Shown here in pieces: positions 49,511 to 60,035 of a DNA stretch of 64,000 bases. The stretch spans positions 1 to 64,000 of the forward strand of contig PEAD01000007.1 of the NCBI GenBank assembly GCA_002753335.1, given 5' to 3'. The DNA is from Nitrospirae bacterium MYbin3. Lineage in GTDB: Bacteria; Nitrospirota; Thermodesulfovibrionia; Thermodesulfovibrionales; Dissulfurispiraceae. How positions within the stretch are numbered: position 1 is the first letter of the stretch; each line of letters starts with the position of its first letter. The notes under the pieces are model-generated. The model was not told where the DNA came from, did not search any database, and was given only the letters and a program-made list of their open reading frames with translations. The position numbers and the translations under genes are program-made.

Positions 49511-49601
49511 TAAAGAGAGTGACTGAAAAACAAGGATTTTAAGTCGATGTAGGGGCTGTGGCTGCCTGCAAATTAGGCAGCCACAGCCTGATTTATAGGC
49601 A

Positions 49602-50903
49602 TTACAATGTGTATCCGCTTTCGCCGTGCTGTGAAATGTCGAGGCCCATCACTTCGGACTCCTCATCAACCCTTATTCCGATGGTCATATCAATAACTTT
49701 AAGCATAGCGGCCGTTGCTATAAAAGAATAAAGCGCAGTTACGGCTACTCCGGCAGCCTGAATCAAAAACAGCTTGGGATTTCCGAAAAAGAGTCCGTCC
49801 GCAACTGCGGGGTTGATAGCTTTCTGTGCCAACAGCCCTGCTGCAAGGGTTCCCAATATTCCGCCGACACCATGCACACCGAAAGCATCCAGAGAATCGT
49901 CATACCTGAAACGGTTTTTCAAATTCAAAGCCGCATAGCACACCGCTCCGGCCGCAAAACCTATCAAGAGAGCGGACATGGGGCCGACAAAGCCTGACGC
50001 CGGGGTTATGGTTGCAAGCCCTGCTATTGAGCCTGTCGCCGCTCCGAACATTGTTGGCTTTCCGCGATGAACCCATTCTATAAGAACCCATATTAATGTG
50101 GCGGCAACCGCAGAAATATGCGTAACCACAAAAGCCATTGTGCTTAAACCGCCCGAGGCAAGTGCACTGCCGCCGTTGAAGCCGAACCAGCCAAACCAGA
50201 GCAGTCCTGCGCCGAGAACTGTCAGAGGCAAATTGTGCGGCGTCATAGCATCATGCATGTACCCTTTTCTCTTTCCGATTATCAAAGCGGCAGCCAAAGC
50301 AGATATGCCTGAGGTTACATGAACTACTATGCCTCCCGCAAAATCAATAACGCCAAGCTCTTTCAGCCAGCCGCCTGTCCCCCATACCCAATGAGCAACA
50401 GGGTCATAGACAAATGTTGACCAAAGCAGCGTGAATATAAGGAATGCAGAAAATTTCATGCGCTCAGCAATCGCACCGGATATAAGCGCTGGGGTGATCA
50501 CAGCAAACATCGCCTGATAGATCATGAACGCCATGTGGGGAACTGTTGCCGCATAATCGGAGTTTGGCTCAAGACCCACGCCCTTAAGGCCAATCCAATC
50601 AAGACCGCCTATAAGCCCTCTTATATCAGGGCCGAAAGAAAGGCTGTAGCCCCAAAGTATCCATTGCACGCTGATAAGTGCAATAACGACAAAACTCTGC
50701 ATTATGGTTCCGAGGACGTTTTTGCGCCTGACCATTCCGCCATAAAACATCGCAAGAGCAGGCGTCATAAGCAGTACGAGCGCCGCAGATAAAAGCACAA
50801 AAGCGGTGTCTCCTGTATCAACTTTGGCGGCTCTGACTGTTTCTTCCGCATAAGCTGGCGAAGCAATTATACCAAAGGCCGCAGCCATTAGTAGCTTATT
50901 CAT
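49602..50903 (-). CDS. amtB: Ammonium transporter
   Basis: FYGG..KN, DFAGG.VVH, PHN, WFGWFGFN, DDSLDAFGVHG. Confidence 0.96.
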   Translation of the reverse strand: MNKLLMAAAFGIIASPAYAEETVRAAKVDTGDTAFVLLSAALVLLMTPALAMFYGGMVRRKNVLGTIMQSFVVIALISVQWILWGYSLSFGPDIRGLIGGLDWIGLKGVGLEPNSDYAATVPHMAFMIYQAMFAVITPALISGAIAERMKFSAFLIFTLLWSTFVYDPVAHWVWGTGGWLKELGVIDFAGGIVVHVTSGISALAAALIIGKRKGYMHDAMTPHNLPLTVLGAGLLWFGWFGFNGGSALASGGLSTMAFVVTHISAVAATLIWVLIEWVHRGKPTMFGAATGSIAGLATITPASGFVGPMSALLIGFAAGAVCYAALNLKNRFRYDDSLDAFGVHGVGGILGTLAAGLLAQKAINPAVADGLFFGNPKLFLIQAAGVAVTALYSFIATAAMLKVIDMTIGIRVDEESEVMGLDISQHGESGYTL

Positions 50904-50937
50904 AAAAACCTCCTGCAGTTGTTTTTTATTATGTTAT

Positions 50938-50954
50938 AGCGAAAAACGTGCCGG
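50938..50954 (-). promoter_or_regulatory. Sigma54 promoter of amtB
   Basis: Minus strand CCGGCACGTTTTTCGCT (GG-N10-GC); three GCTACA-N4-TGTAG sites upstream. Confidence 0.72.
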
Positions 50955-51107
50955 ATAAGATGTGTTGATTTTTAGAGGGAATAAATTGCTGTCAAAAGCA
51001 ACAGGCTACATTTTTGTAGGAACTTGTGTTTACAAACCGGCGCACCCGTTAGAAAACATTGGTTTCCGAAAAAGCTACATTTTTGTAGCAGCTACAATTT
51101 TGTAGGA

Positions 51108-52346
51108 CTAAACCGAGGGGACAGCTATGCTTATGACCAGCACCGCGGTTAGGGCTATTACTACAACAACTGTGCCCCAAGATATATAGTTGTAAAACCG
51201 GGGATTTGTGTATTCACCCATAAGCTTAGTGTTGTTTACGAGCGCTATGGCATAAACAAGCACAAAAGGAAGAAGAATCCCGTTGATAAAGGCCGAAAGC
51301 ACCATCATAGAAACAAGCGGTGCACCCGGCGTCAGAACTAGAAGCGCAGAAAAAACTATAGTCAGGGTATAAATCCACATAAACTGAGGGGCTTCTTTAA
51401 ACGTCTTGTTTATTCCGGCTTCCCAGCCCATAGCTTCGCAGACATAGTAGGCGGTGGCAAGGGGCACTATAATCGTGCCGAGCAAAGATGCATTTGCAAG
51501 GCTGACCGCAAAAATCAGCGAAGCGTAGTCACCCGCAAGAGGTTTTAAAGCGATCGCAGCTTCGGAGGCTTCGTTAATCCTTATTCCGTGCGGAAACAGC
51601 AAGGCTCCGCAGGCCGTGATTATGAAAAAGCTTATTATGTCGGTTATAAGACATCCGACAACCACATCCAGTCTTGAAGCCTTATAATCTTCCTTTTTTA
51701 TGCCCTTTTCTGCTATCGAAGACTGAAGATAAAACTGCATCCACGGCGTGATTGTGGTTCCGATTATCGCGATGCTGAGCATTATGTATTCGGAGTTCCA
51801 CTGCACTTTTGGCACCAACATACTTTTTGCCACGTCGCCCCAATCAGGTTTTGCGAGCACTCCAGAAATAACATAGCCGATATATATAAGGCACGCGAAA
51901 AGAAGTATCCTTTCGACCGACCGATAACTGCCTTTAGTAACCAGTATCCAGATCGATATTGCGCCTATCGGCACCATTACGTATTTGCTCAATCCCAAAA
52001 TCTCCATGCTTGCGGCCCATCCTGCAAAATTGGCAACGGTGTTCCCGAAGTTTGCAATCAGCAGGCCTATCATCATAAAAAATGCTGTCTTAACACCATA
52101 ATTTTCCCGGATGAGGTCTGACAAACCTTTGCCGGTGATGACACCCATCCGCGCCACCATTTCCTGTATGACAACGAGCGCTATTGTGGTGGGAATCAGC
52201 GTCCAAAGAAGGTTGTAGCCGAAACGGGCGCCGGCGACCGAATAAGTTGTGATGCCGCTCGCATCGTTGTCAATATTGGCTGTTATTATCCCCGGTCCCA
52301 TAACCGCAAAAAAGAGAAGGAACCTTTTCCAGCGGCTGAGCGTCAT
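51108..52346 (-). CDS. NRAMP-related divalent metal transporter (NrmT-like)
   Basis: MGPGIITANIDNDASGITTYS, QEM..R, GTTITPW; many TMs; lacks canonical DPGN. Confidence 0.85.
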   Translation of the reverse strand: MTLSRWKRFLLFFAVMGPGIITANIDNDASGITTYSVAGARFGYNLLWTLIPTTIALVVIQEMVARMGVITGKGLSDLIRENYGVKTAFFMMIGLLIANFGNTVANFAGWAASMEILGLSKYVMVPIGAISIWILVTKGSYRSVERILLFACLIYIGYVISGVLAKPDWGDVAKSMLVPKVQWNSEYIMLSIAIIGTTITPWMQFYLQSSIAEKGIKKEDYKASRLDVVVGCLITDIISFFIITACGALLFPHGIRINEASEAAIALKPLAGDYASLIFAVSLANASLLGTIIVPLATAYYVCEAMGWEAGINKTFKEAPQFMWIYTLTIVFSALLVLTPGAPLVSMMVLSAFINGILLPFVLVYAIALVNNTKLMGEYTNPRFYNYISWGTVVVVIALTAVLVISIAVPSV

Positions 52347-53605
52347 ACCTTTCTCCTGAGCCTCTTTGCAGCAGGCGGCAAAATTCTGTCTATGACGTCA
52401 TCAACCGTTACAATTCCTACAAGCGCACCCTCGCTGTCAACGACAGGCAGAGCTACAAGATTATATTTCGATATTATTTCGGCGACTACCAAATCGTCCG
52501 CATTGGTGGTCACGGTCTTTGTTTTTGTTTCCATAATCTCGGCTAGGGTTGCGGAGGGATCGCCAAGAATCAGTTCTCTAAGCGACGTAACGCCAACTAA
52601 CTTTTCGTTCTCGTCAACAACAAAGATATAGTAAACAGCTTCCATTTCTCCGGCGTCTTTTTTAAATCTTTCGATCGCTTGGGCCACGGTAACTTCCGGA
52701 CCGTAGGCTATAAACTCATTGGTCATGAGTCCGCCGGCAGTATCCTCTTCGTGTCCGAGCAGTTCCTGAATATCTTCGGCCTCTTCTTTTTCTATATGTT
52801 CGAGAATTTCTTGAGCCTTCTCGGTCGGCAGATCGCTGAGAACGTCGGCAGCCTCGTCAGGAGGCATTTCTTCGATAATGTCGGCCGCCTGTTCGGCATC
52901 CATCGCGTTTATAATATCGGCCTGCATGTCGGGCTTGAGTTCCGAAAGCGCCTCTGCTGCGGTTTCAAGGTCGAGGTCTTTAAATAGATGAGCGCCTTCC
53001 TCTCTCGAAATCCGGCTTATGATGTCTGCTATGTCCGCCGGATGCAGATCCGAAAGCATCTGCCTCGGTACGGTAAGCGATATGGTCTGAAGTTTGGGCT
53101 TAAGGTGCTGAATATAGTTCCAGCTTATCAGGTTGTACGGCAGGTTTGTTTTAAAAAGCCTCAGCAGTTCCTCTCCTCCGCGCTCTATGCCGAGCCTTCT
53201 CATGATGCCGCGCATGCCCACATCCACAGCAATTAAAACAGCTTCTTCTTCGTAGCCCTCTATTTTTATGTCGTTGACCCTGACAACCTTTGCGCCGTTT
53301 GCATCAACTATTTGTTTATCTAGAATATCGCGGACCGCCAAAAGATCATCGTCATCCATGTCGTAGTCTTCCGCTTCTAAGGCATTGATGAAAGAAGATA
53401 TAATGCGCTTGTTGAATATGTTTGTGCGCTCCCAGCCAATCCTGCAGATGCCTTGCGGCCTATCTATGATTATTGACGCGACTTTCGGAAGAGGGTCGCC
53501 CTTGACAACAACAAGGTCCTTGACCTTGCCGATAATCTCCCCCTTAGGGTCATAGACAGGCTTCTTAAGAATCTCGCTTATAAAAAGTTCACCGAAAAGA
53601 GGCAT
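52343..53605 (-). CDS. Soluble PRC-barrel / MgtE-N / CBS protein (no MgtE TM domain)
   Basis: LDKQIVD..VRVND, LHPADIADI, DTAGGLMT, CBS pair ending GIVTVDD. Confidence 0.88.
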   Translation of the reverse strand: MPLFGELFISEILKKPVYDPKGEIIGKVKDLVVVKGDPLPKVASIIIDRPQGICRIGWERTNIFNKRIISSFINALEAEDYDMDDDDLLAVRDILDKQIVDANGAKVVRVNDIKIEGYEEEAVLIAVDVGMRGIMRRLGIERGGEELLRLFKTNLPYNLISWNYIQHLKPKLQTISLTVPRQMLSDLHPADIADIISRISREEGAHLFKDLDLETAAEALSELKPDMQADIINAMDAEQAADIIEEMPPDEAADVLSDLPTEKAQEILEHIEKEEAEDIQELLGHEEDTAGGLMTNEFIAYGPEVTVAQAIERFKKDAGEMEAVYYIFVVDENEKLVGVTSLRELILGDPSATLAEIMETKTKTVTTNADDLVVAEIISKYNLVALPVVDSEGALVGIVTVDDVIDRILPPAAKRLRRKV

Positions 53606-53712
53606 AGTTGTTTAGTATAGCCCTATTGCCGGGCTTTGAACAATAGTAATGTGTGTTATATTAAAAACAGATGCGCCCTTAATCGGATAATAAATGGAAA
53701 AGGAGTCGACCT

Positions 53713-54069
53713 GTGAGCCCTGTATTTAAAGCCGTTGTATTATTGATTTGCAGTAATGTATTTATGACTTTTGCGTGGTATGCTCATCTTAAAAACCTTA
53801 ATGGGAAGCCATGGATAGTAGCCGCTATAGTTAGTTGGGGGATCGCGCTCTTTGAATATCTGCTACAGGTTCCTGCCAACAGGATAGGATATCAAGAACT
53901 TAATATAGGCCAGTTGAAGATCCTACAGGAAGTCATTACTCTGAGCGTTTTCGTGCCCTTCGCTTTTTTATACATGAAAGAACCTCTAAAATTGGACTAT
54001 CTATGGGCTTCGCTGTGCATGCTCGGCGCGGTGTTTTTTATGTTCAAAGGCAAACTGCTTGGCGCATAG
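53713..54069 (+). CDS. Small DMT-superfamily membrane protein (DUF486-like)
   Basis: SNVFMTFAWYAHLK, SWGIALFEYLLQVPANRIG, QLKILQEVITL. Confidence 0.85.
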   Translation: MSPVFKAVVLLICSNVFMTFAWYAHLKNLNGKPWIVAAIVSWGIALFEYLLQVPANRIGYQELNIGQLKILQEVITLSVFVPFAFLYMKEPLKLDYLWASLCMLGAVFFMFKGKLLGA

Positions 54070-54092
54070 CAAGGCTGTTCTGATAAAGCAGA

Positions 54093-55031
54093 CTACAATT
54101 CTTCGATCACCATCGCAGCAAGCAGAGGGAACATTATTTCATGGTGTCCGGTCAGGGCGTATGAGCGTCCGTTCTTCATGGTAGGTCTTTTGAGCACGTT
54201 TTCGCGAGGCCGGTAGTGCTGAATAAAATCCATATTGACTGTGGTGAAATTCTCGACTTTATTGCCTAAGTTTCTCGCTACAGTAAGCGCTTTCAAAAAC
54301 ACTTCAGGAAGAAGAACTGCAGAGCCGAGATTGATATAAACTCCGCCTTCAAGGTCTGCAACCACAGATGAAAACAATCTGAAATCCCTTAAGCTTCCCT
54401 CGCCTATGCTTGCGCCGTCAGCTTCGGGATGCATATGGATTATATCTGCTCCAACAGCCACATGGACCGTAACTGGAAGCTCTTTTTTAAACGCCTCGCT
54501 AAATATGCTCAGGCTTTTGTTCGGGAAATCTGAAGCGTTTATAAAAGAACCGATAGAGCTTCCGATGCCTTTGCCCTCTTTAACTCCTGCTGTTATCGCT
54601 TCGTTTAAAAGACCGCCTGTTTCTTTTGCCATGCCGAATGAGCCTGTGCAAAGCTCGGCCGCCACATCTTCGGAGGTGCAGCCTGCATAGGCAATTTCGA
54701 AGTCATGGATTATACAGGCCCCGTTGCAGGCAACGGCCGTAATAACATTTTTTTGCATCAGGTCGATGATCAAAGGCGAGAGCCCGACTTTGATGGGATG
54801 AGCTCCCATGCCGAGTATCACAGGCCGGCCGTTTCTGCGCGCTTCTACAATATGTTTTGCTACCGCTTTTATGTCTGTGGCTGCGAGGAAATCAGGCAGG
54901 CTCTTTGCAAAGTCCTTTAAAGAAATCCCTTTTGAAATCGGGGTTCCGGCCTTATCCAACGAAACCTTGCTTTTCCTTCCTGCAATCGAGTAGGTTTTGA
55001 GTTTTGAAAGGTCTAAAGGTACGCGTTTCAT
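54093..55031 (-). CDS. Conserved protein with deoxyhypusine-synthase-like fold
   Basis: GAHPIK.GL, IHD.E, GSAVLLPEVFLKA, GHHEIM; fold assignment is inference. Confidence 0.65.
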   Translation of the reverse strand: MKRVPLDLSKLKTYSIAGRKSKVSLDKAGTPISKGISLKDFAKSLPDFLAATDIKAVAKHIVEARRNGRPVILGMGAHPIKVGLSPLIIDLMQKNVITAVACNGACIIHDFEIAYAGCTSEDVAAELCTGSFGMAKETGGLLNEAITAGVKEGKGIGSSIGSFINASDFPNKSLSIFSEAFKKELPVTVHVAVGADIIHMHPEADGASIGEGSLRDFRLFSSVVADLEGGVYINLGSAVLLPEVFLKALTVARNLGNKVENFTTVNMDFIQHYRPRENVLKRPTMKNGRSYALTGHHEIMFPLLAAMVIEEL

Positions 55032-55121
55032 AATCTGAAATTGTAGCACAAACATTGATTTTCTGCTAAAGATTGTGATAAAGTTATTGACTTTTAAACA
55101 GAAGTTAAGGAGGACATACCA

Positions 55122-55415
55122 TTGGCAGCTAAAGCAGCACCTAAGAAAAACCCTTCAGCACTAAAAAGAGTTCGTCAGGCCGAAAAAAGCAGCGATAGGA
55201 ACCAGTCGGTTCTTACATCCATAAAGACTTATGTAAAGAAGCTTGACGCGGCCATAGCCGAAAACGATCAGGACAAAATCGGCAAAGCATTGAAAGAGGC
55301 CATAGTGGTTCTTACCAAGGCTGCGGCAAAAGGCGTGATACACAAAAACACAGCATCGAGAAAAGTTTCAAGGGCAACTAAGAAAGCATCTGCAGCAGTA
55401 AGCAAAAAAGCTTAA
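55122..55415 (+). CDS. rpsT: 30S ribosomal protein S20 (TTG start)
   Basis: SALKRVRQ..KGVIHKNTASRKVSR; AGGAGG RBS. Confidence 0.95.
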   Translation: MAAKAAPKKNPSALKRVRQAEKSSDRNQSVLTSIKTYVKKLDAAIAENDQDKIGKALKEAIVVLTKAAAKGVIHKNTASRKVSRATKKASAAVSKKA

Positions 55416-55433
55416 TAAATTTTCCTGCAAGTT

Positions 55434-55467
55434 AAAGGGAGCAGTATGTTAACTGCTCCCTTTTTTA
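55434..55467. terminator. Intrinsic terminator after rpsT (probably bidirectional)
   Basis: AAAGGGAGCAGT-N6-ACTGCTCCCTTTTTT. Confidence 0.85.
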
Positions 55468-55468
55468 A

Positions 55469-56131
55469 TTATTCGACCAGCTTAAGAATTGTGTCGGTGT
55501 CTTCTCTTCCTGTTACAAAACTATTCGCCGGATGATCTAATTCCGGATATCCTAAAGAAATGCCGAGCACCAGTTTTTTAGTATCAGGTATTTCAAGAAA
55601 CTTCCTGATGGCTGGTGAGTAGTCAATCAAAAACGCCTGCGGCACGGTGCCTAGCCCGAAGGCCCAAGCTGCGAGCATAATATTCTGACAAAACAATCCC
55701 GCGTCGAACATCGACCACTCAGCGAGAGCCTTGTCCTGAAAAACAAAAATGCCGTGCGGAGCGCCGTAGAATCTGAAGTTTGCAATTTTAGATTTCTTTT
55801 TTATCTCTGGCGAGTTAAGGTCAACGCCCGCCGCGCTTCCTCTTGCCTTGAAGAGAGCGTCTATTCTCTGTCCTATTGCTGCAGGCCATGCAGGTGGCTC
55901 CGGTATGTCAGGCTCCGGTTTTGCACCGCTTTCGAGTAGTCCTGTGAGTATCTGTGTAAGCTCCTCTTTTTTCTTGCCCGAAACAATCACAGCTTCCCAC
56001 GGCTGGCTGTTTTTGTAAGATGGCGCCTGCTGAGCCGTTGCGATCACTTTTTTTAAAAGCTCCTGTGAGACAGCCTCAGATTTGAATTTTCTAATACTTT
56101 TGCGTGTTGTTATGCATTCTATTGCGTCCAA
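55469..56131 (-). CDS. Nitroreductase family protein
   Basis: RKSIRKF, APSYKNSQPW, FYGAP, GLGT, LGYP. Confidence 0.9.
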   Translation of the reverse strand: MDAIECITTRKSIRKFKSEAVSQELLKKVIATAQQAPSYKNSQPWEAVIVSGKKKEELTQILTGLLESGAKPEPDIPEPPAWPAAIGQRIDALFKARGSAAGVDLNSPEIKKKSKIANFRFYGAPHGIFVFQDKALAEWSMFDAGLFCQNIMLAAWAFGLGTVPQAFLIDYSPAIRKFLEIPDTKKLVLGISLGYPELDHPANSFVTGREDTDTILKLVE

Positions 56132-56146
56132 GTGTTTTCCTCCTTT

Positions 56147-57025
56147 TTACGCCGTCAATATCCCTAAAATCTCTCTGTACCGGGCAGTGGTTTTTTGCAC
56201 GATGTCGTCCGGAAGCGCCGGACCCGGATATGTCTGGTCCCAGTCCAGTGTCAGAAGATAGTCTCTCACTATTTGTTTGTCGAAGCTGTCCTGTCCTTTG
56301 CCGGGCTGATAATTTTTTGCTGACCAGAAGCGCGAAGAGTCGGGAGTCAGGACTTCGTCAATAAGTATCAGCCTATTCTGATGCAGGCCGAACTCCATCT
56401 TGGTATCGGCAATGATGATGCCTTTTTTCTCGGCCATTTCACGCGCTTTTTTGTAGATGGCGATTGTCGTATCACGCAGGAATGATGCCTTGTCCTCTCC
56501 TACTATCTTTGCCATCTCTTCAAAACTTATGTTTATGTCATGCCCCTCGTCAGCTTTGGTGCTCGGCGTGAATATCGGTTCATCAAGACGCGATGATTCG
56601 ACCAGCCCGGCAGGAAGCTTAATGCCGCATACTGTGCCGTCTTTCTTATACTCTTTCCAGCCTGAGCCCGAAAGGTATCCTCTTACGATGCATTCAACAG
56701 GCATCGGCGCAGCTTTCTTTACAAGCATGCTTCTGTCTTCCAGAATGTCCGCATATTTGTGAAGAATCTGCGGATAGTCCTTAAGCTCTGTGGCAACAAT
56801 ATGGTTTTCGATAAGGTCTCTCATCTGGTTGAACCAAAAGACCGATATCTGCGTCAGAATTCTGCCCTTGTCCTGAATGCCGTTCGGCAGTACCACATCA
56901 AAGGCCGATACCCTGTCTGTTGCGATGATTAGAAAGCAGTTCTCAACTTCATATACATCACGCACCTTCCCTCGGCGCAGGAACTTTATATCAGAAAGTT
57001 TTGTTTCAAGCACTATGCCCGACAT
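56147..57025 (-). CDS. purC: SAICAR synthetase
   Basis: [43 protein letters not shown]; start MSGIVL after GGAG. Confidence 0.96.
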   Translation of the reverse strand: MSGIVLETKLSDIKFLRRGKVRDVYEVENCFLIIATDRVSAFDVVLPNGIQDKGRILTQISVFWFNQMRDLIENHIVATELKDYPQILHKYADILEDRSMLVKKAAPMPVECIVRGYLSGSGWKEYKKDGTVCGIKLPAGLVESSRLDEPIFTPSTKADEGHDINISFEEMAKIVGEDKASFLRDTTIAIYKKAREMAEKKGIIIADTKMEFGLHQNRLILIDEVLTPDSSRFWSAKNYQPGKGQDSFDKQIVRDYLLTLDWDQTYPGPALPDDIVQKTTARYREILGILTA

Positions 57026-59642
57026 ATTTTCTCCTCCATAATTTTTCGATTTCCACTGCAAAGAATACCACAGAAGATGCGGCAACTGTAAATAACAATT
57101 CGTTGAAAGTCAGTGGTTCTGTCTTTAATATCGCATTAAAAGCCGGAATGTATATAACAGCAAGTTGTGCCGCAAAGCTGAACAGAACAGCTCCGAGCAG
57201 GGCCTTATTGCTGAATATGCCGATGGTGAAAAGAGATTCCCGCTCGGAGCGTATAGCAAGCACATGGCCCAACTGTGTAAGACAGACAACCGTAAATACC
57301 ATGGTCTGCCAGTGAGCGCCGGAGTGATTAATAGACCAGTATTGGGTAAGCAGGGCGATGATTCCCATGAGCAGTCCTACCCAGACAACATGGTATCCGA
57401 GTCCGTGCGCGAAGATGCTTTCCTGCGGATGCCTCGGCGGCCGCTTCAATACATCGCCTTCAGCAGGTTCAAGCGAAAGCGCGAGTGCTGGCAGGGCATC
57501 TGTCATAAGGTTTATCCATAAAATTTGTATGGGCTGCAGCGGTATCGGAAGCCCGACAATCGGCGCTAAAAAAAGCGTCCATATCTCTCCTGAATTCGTT
57601 GTTAGAAGGTATTTTACGAACTTGCGGATGTTGTCATATATTTTTCTGCCCTCTTTTACCGCTTTTACTATTGTGGCGAAATTATCGTCAAGCAGGATCA
57701 TGTGAGCGGCCTCTTTTGAAACATCGGTGCCTGTTATGCCCATCGCTATTCCGATGTCAGCCCGTTTGAGGGCAGGAGCGTCATTCACGCCGTCGCCTGT
57801 CATTGCTGCGAACTGTCCTCTGTCCTGAAGCGCTTTTATTATTTTTAGCTTCTGTTCAGGCGCGACCCTCGCGTAAACCTTTATATGTTCCACACGGGTT
57901 TCGAATTCGCTCAACGGGAGTTGTTCGAGCTCTCTGCCGGTGATAACGGAATCGGCACTGTCTGTTTCTTCGAGAATGCCGAGCCGTTTGGCTATTGCCG
58001 TGGCCGTAAGCGGATGGTCGCCTGTGATCATTACAGGCTTGATTCCTGCGCTTTTGCAGAGCTTCACCGCCTCTTTTGCCTCTTCTCTCGGAGGATCCAT
58101 AATCCCTGCAAGGCCGATGATGGTAAGGGTCTTCTCACAATCTTCCGGAGAAAGTTTTGCGGGCACCTCATCCCATTGTCTCATCGCAACGCAGATGACC
58201 CTTAGTCCATCCGCCGCCATTTTGTCGCTTGCCTCGGTCAGGGCTTTTTTATCTATGGGTTCAATGCCGTCTGCGGTCATAAAACAATCCGCTTTTTCTA
58301 TCAGGTTTTCGAATGCGCCTTTTGTGAAAGAGACAAACCCGGTTTTTTCTGCCGACTGTTTGTGAAACGTCGTCATGCATTTTCTGTCCGAATCGAACGG
58401 GATTTCCCCAACACGCGGAAAAATTTCATGCAGGGATTTGGTTGAGAAACCTTTTGTCAGCGCTATTTCGAGAAGCGCTACTTCGGTGGGGTCGCCTATT
58501 ATATTGCCTTCAGCATTTGAGTGGGAATCATTGTTTAGTACGAAGGCGGTAAAAAGCGAAGGATGCAAGTTGCCATTCATTGCTTTTAACGCATCACTTT
58601 TAAGCAGATTTCGATCTGCCCAAATCTCTTCGACAGCCATTTTATTCATGGTAAGAGTGCCTGTTTTATCTGAGCAGATAAAAGTCACCGAACCGAGTGT
58701 TTCGACCGCCGGAAGTTTTCTGATGAGAGAGTTCTGTTGTACCATCTTGCGGGCACCCAGCGCTAAGGCTATGGTTACAACGGCCGGAAGGGCTTCGGGG
58801 ATTGCAGCTACAGCCAAAGATATTGCTGTCAAAAGCATGAGCATCGGCTTTTCGCCGCGCATAATGCCTGCCGCAAGAACTATCGCGCAGATGAATAGAA
58901 TGGCCACCGCAAGTTTTTTGCCGAATGAAGCGAGCCTTTTTTGTAATGGAGTTTTTACCTCTTCTTCGTTCTGAAGCATGCCAGCTATCTTGCCGAGCTC
59001 GGTCTGCATTCCGGTTGTTGCTACAACTCCTGTGCCCCTTCCATAAACGACACTGGTTCCTTTGTACGCGATATTTTTTCTGTCACCGAGAGGCATATCA
59101 GCATCTTTGAGATGATGGGTGTGCTTTTCAACAGCTTCTGATTCCCCTGTTAGCGCGGCTTCCTGAATCTTTAACTGTGCGGCTTCAATAATACGCAGGT
59201 CGGCAGGCACAATCCTTCCTGCTTCGAGGAGCACAACATCGCCTGGAACCAGATCTGAAGCAGGCAAAGGTGTCGGGTGGCTGTTTCTCAGAACAACAGC
59301 GGAAGCTGCCGACATTTTTTTGAGCGCTGCCACAGCTTTTTCTGCGCGGTATTCCTGAACAAAACCTATAACAGCATTTAGCACTACGATCACAATTATT
59401 GCGATTGTGTCCGAAGGCTCGCCTATAATGCCCGAAATCACCGCCGCAGCTATAAGCACAAGAATCATAAAATCCTTGAACTGATCAAGGAACATAATAA
59501 AAGGTGTTTTCCGTGCTTTTTCTTTAAGTTCGTTGGTGCCGTATTGTTCCAGTCTTTTCTGCGCTTCGTCCGATGAAAGACCGCGTAAAGAACTGTTTAA
59601 TGCCGAAAGAGTTTCATCGATATTTTTTTGATGCCATGTCAT
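57006..59642 (-). CDS. P-type ATPase, type IIA (Ca2+/Mn2+, YoaB-like)
   Basis: [36 protein letters not shown]. Confidence 0.93.
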   Translation of the reverse strand: MTWHQKNIDETLSALNSSLRGLSSDEAQKRLEQYGTNELKEKARKTPFIMFLDQFKDFMILVLIAAAVISGIIGEPSDTIAIIVIVVLNAVIGFVQEYRAEKAVAALKKMSAASAVVLRNSHPTPLPASDLVPGDVVLLEAGRIVPADLRIIEAAQLKIQEAALTGESEAVEKHTHHLKDADMPLGDRKNIAYKGTSVVYGRGTGVVATTGMQTELGKIAGMLQNEEEVKTPLQKRLASFGKKLAVAILFICAIVLAAGIMRGEKPMLMLLTAISLAVAAIPEALPAVVTIALALGARKMVQQNSLIRKLPAVETLGSVTFICSDKTGTLTMNKMAVEEIWADRNLLKSDALKAMNGNLHPSLFTAFVLNNDSHSNAEGNIIGDPTEVALLEIALTKGFSTKSLHEIFPRVGEIPFDSDRKCMTTFHKQSAEKTGFVSFTKGAFENLIEKADCFMTADGIEPIDKKALTEASDKMAADGLRVICVAMRQWDEVPAKLSPEDCEKTLTIIGLAGIMDPPREEAKEAVKLCKSAGIKPVMITGDHPLTATAIAKRLGILEETDSADSVITGRELEQLPLSEFETRVEHIKVYARVAPEQKLKIIKALQDRGQFAAMTGDGVNDAPALKRADIGIAMGITGTDVSKEAAHMILLDDNFATIVKAVKEGRKIYDNIRKFVKYLLTTNSGEIWTLFLAPIVGLPIPLQPIQILWINLMTDALPALALSLEPAEGDVLKRPPRHPQESIFAHGLGYHVVWVGLLMGIIALLTQYWSINHSGAHWQTMVFTVVCLTQLGHVLAIRSERESLFTIGIFSNKALLGAVLFSFAAQLAVIYIPAFNAILKTEPLTFNELLFTVAASSVVFFAVEIEKLWRRKYVGHSA

Positions 59643-59674
59643 GAGGGCCTCTTATAATAGATGAGAATAAAGTA

Positions 59675-59695
59675 CGGGGCAGATAATCTGCCCCG
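59675..59695 (-). terminator. Hairpin, possible terminator downstream of the zinc-ribbon gene
   Basis: CGGGGCAGA-TAA-TCTGCCCCG; weak U-tract on the minus strand. Confidence 0.5.
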
Positions 59696-59723
59696 GTTAA
59701 ATGCAACGTAATACTTGTGACGG

Positions 59724-60023
59724 TTATTTTTTGAAAACGCTGAAAAGTTTGTCTATGCCGGATTTCTCAAGCTTGGCGACGGTTTCGAGCTCGCCTGCAT
59801 CAAGCCAGATTCCTGCACACTCGGAGCATTTGTCGATTTTTATATGTTTGTAGTCTATCTCTATAAGCTCCATGCCGCATTTTGGGCATCTCATGTGATG
59901 CAGTTCTTTCAGTTTTTTCTTTTCCTCTTTTGCGATATGTTTATGTTTTTCTTCCTCGATTTTTTTGAGCTTTGCAAATTCCTGTCGGGCAATGAACTCT
60001 TCTTCTTTTTCTGTCGGCTTCAT
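59724..60023 (-). CDS. zf-TFIIB-type zinc-ribbon protein
   Basis: Charged N-terminal helix, CPKC..IDKCSECAGIWLDAGE. Confidence 0.85.
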   Translation of the reverse strand: MKPTEKEEEFIARQEFAKLKKIEEEKHKHIAKEEKKKLKELHHMRCPKCGMELIEIDYKHIKIDKCSECAGIWLDAGELETVAKLEKSGIDKLFSVFKK

Positions 60024-60035
60024 GTGGTCCTCCGT

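Noticed and set aside
51005..51106. Triple 16-bp repeat as a mini-CRISPR
   Set aside because: Repeats too short, spacing irregular (53 and 1 nt), no cas genes; fits transcription-factor sites
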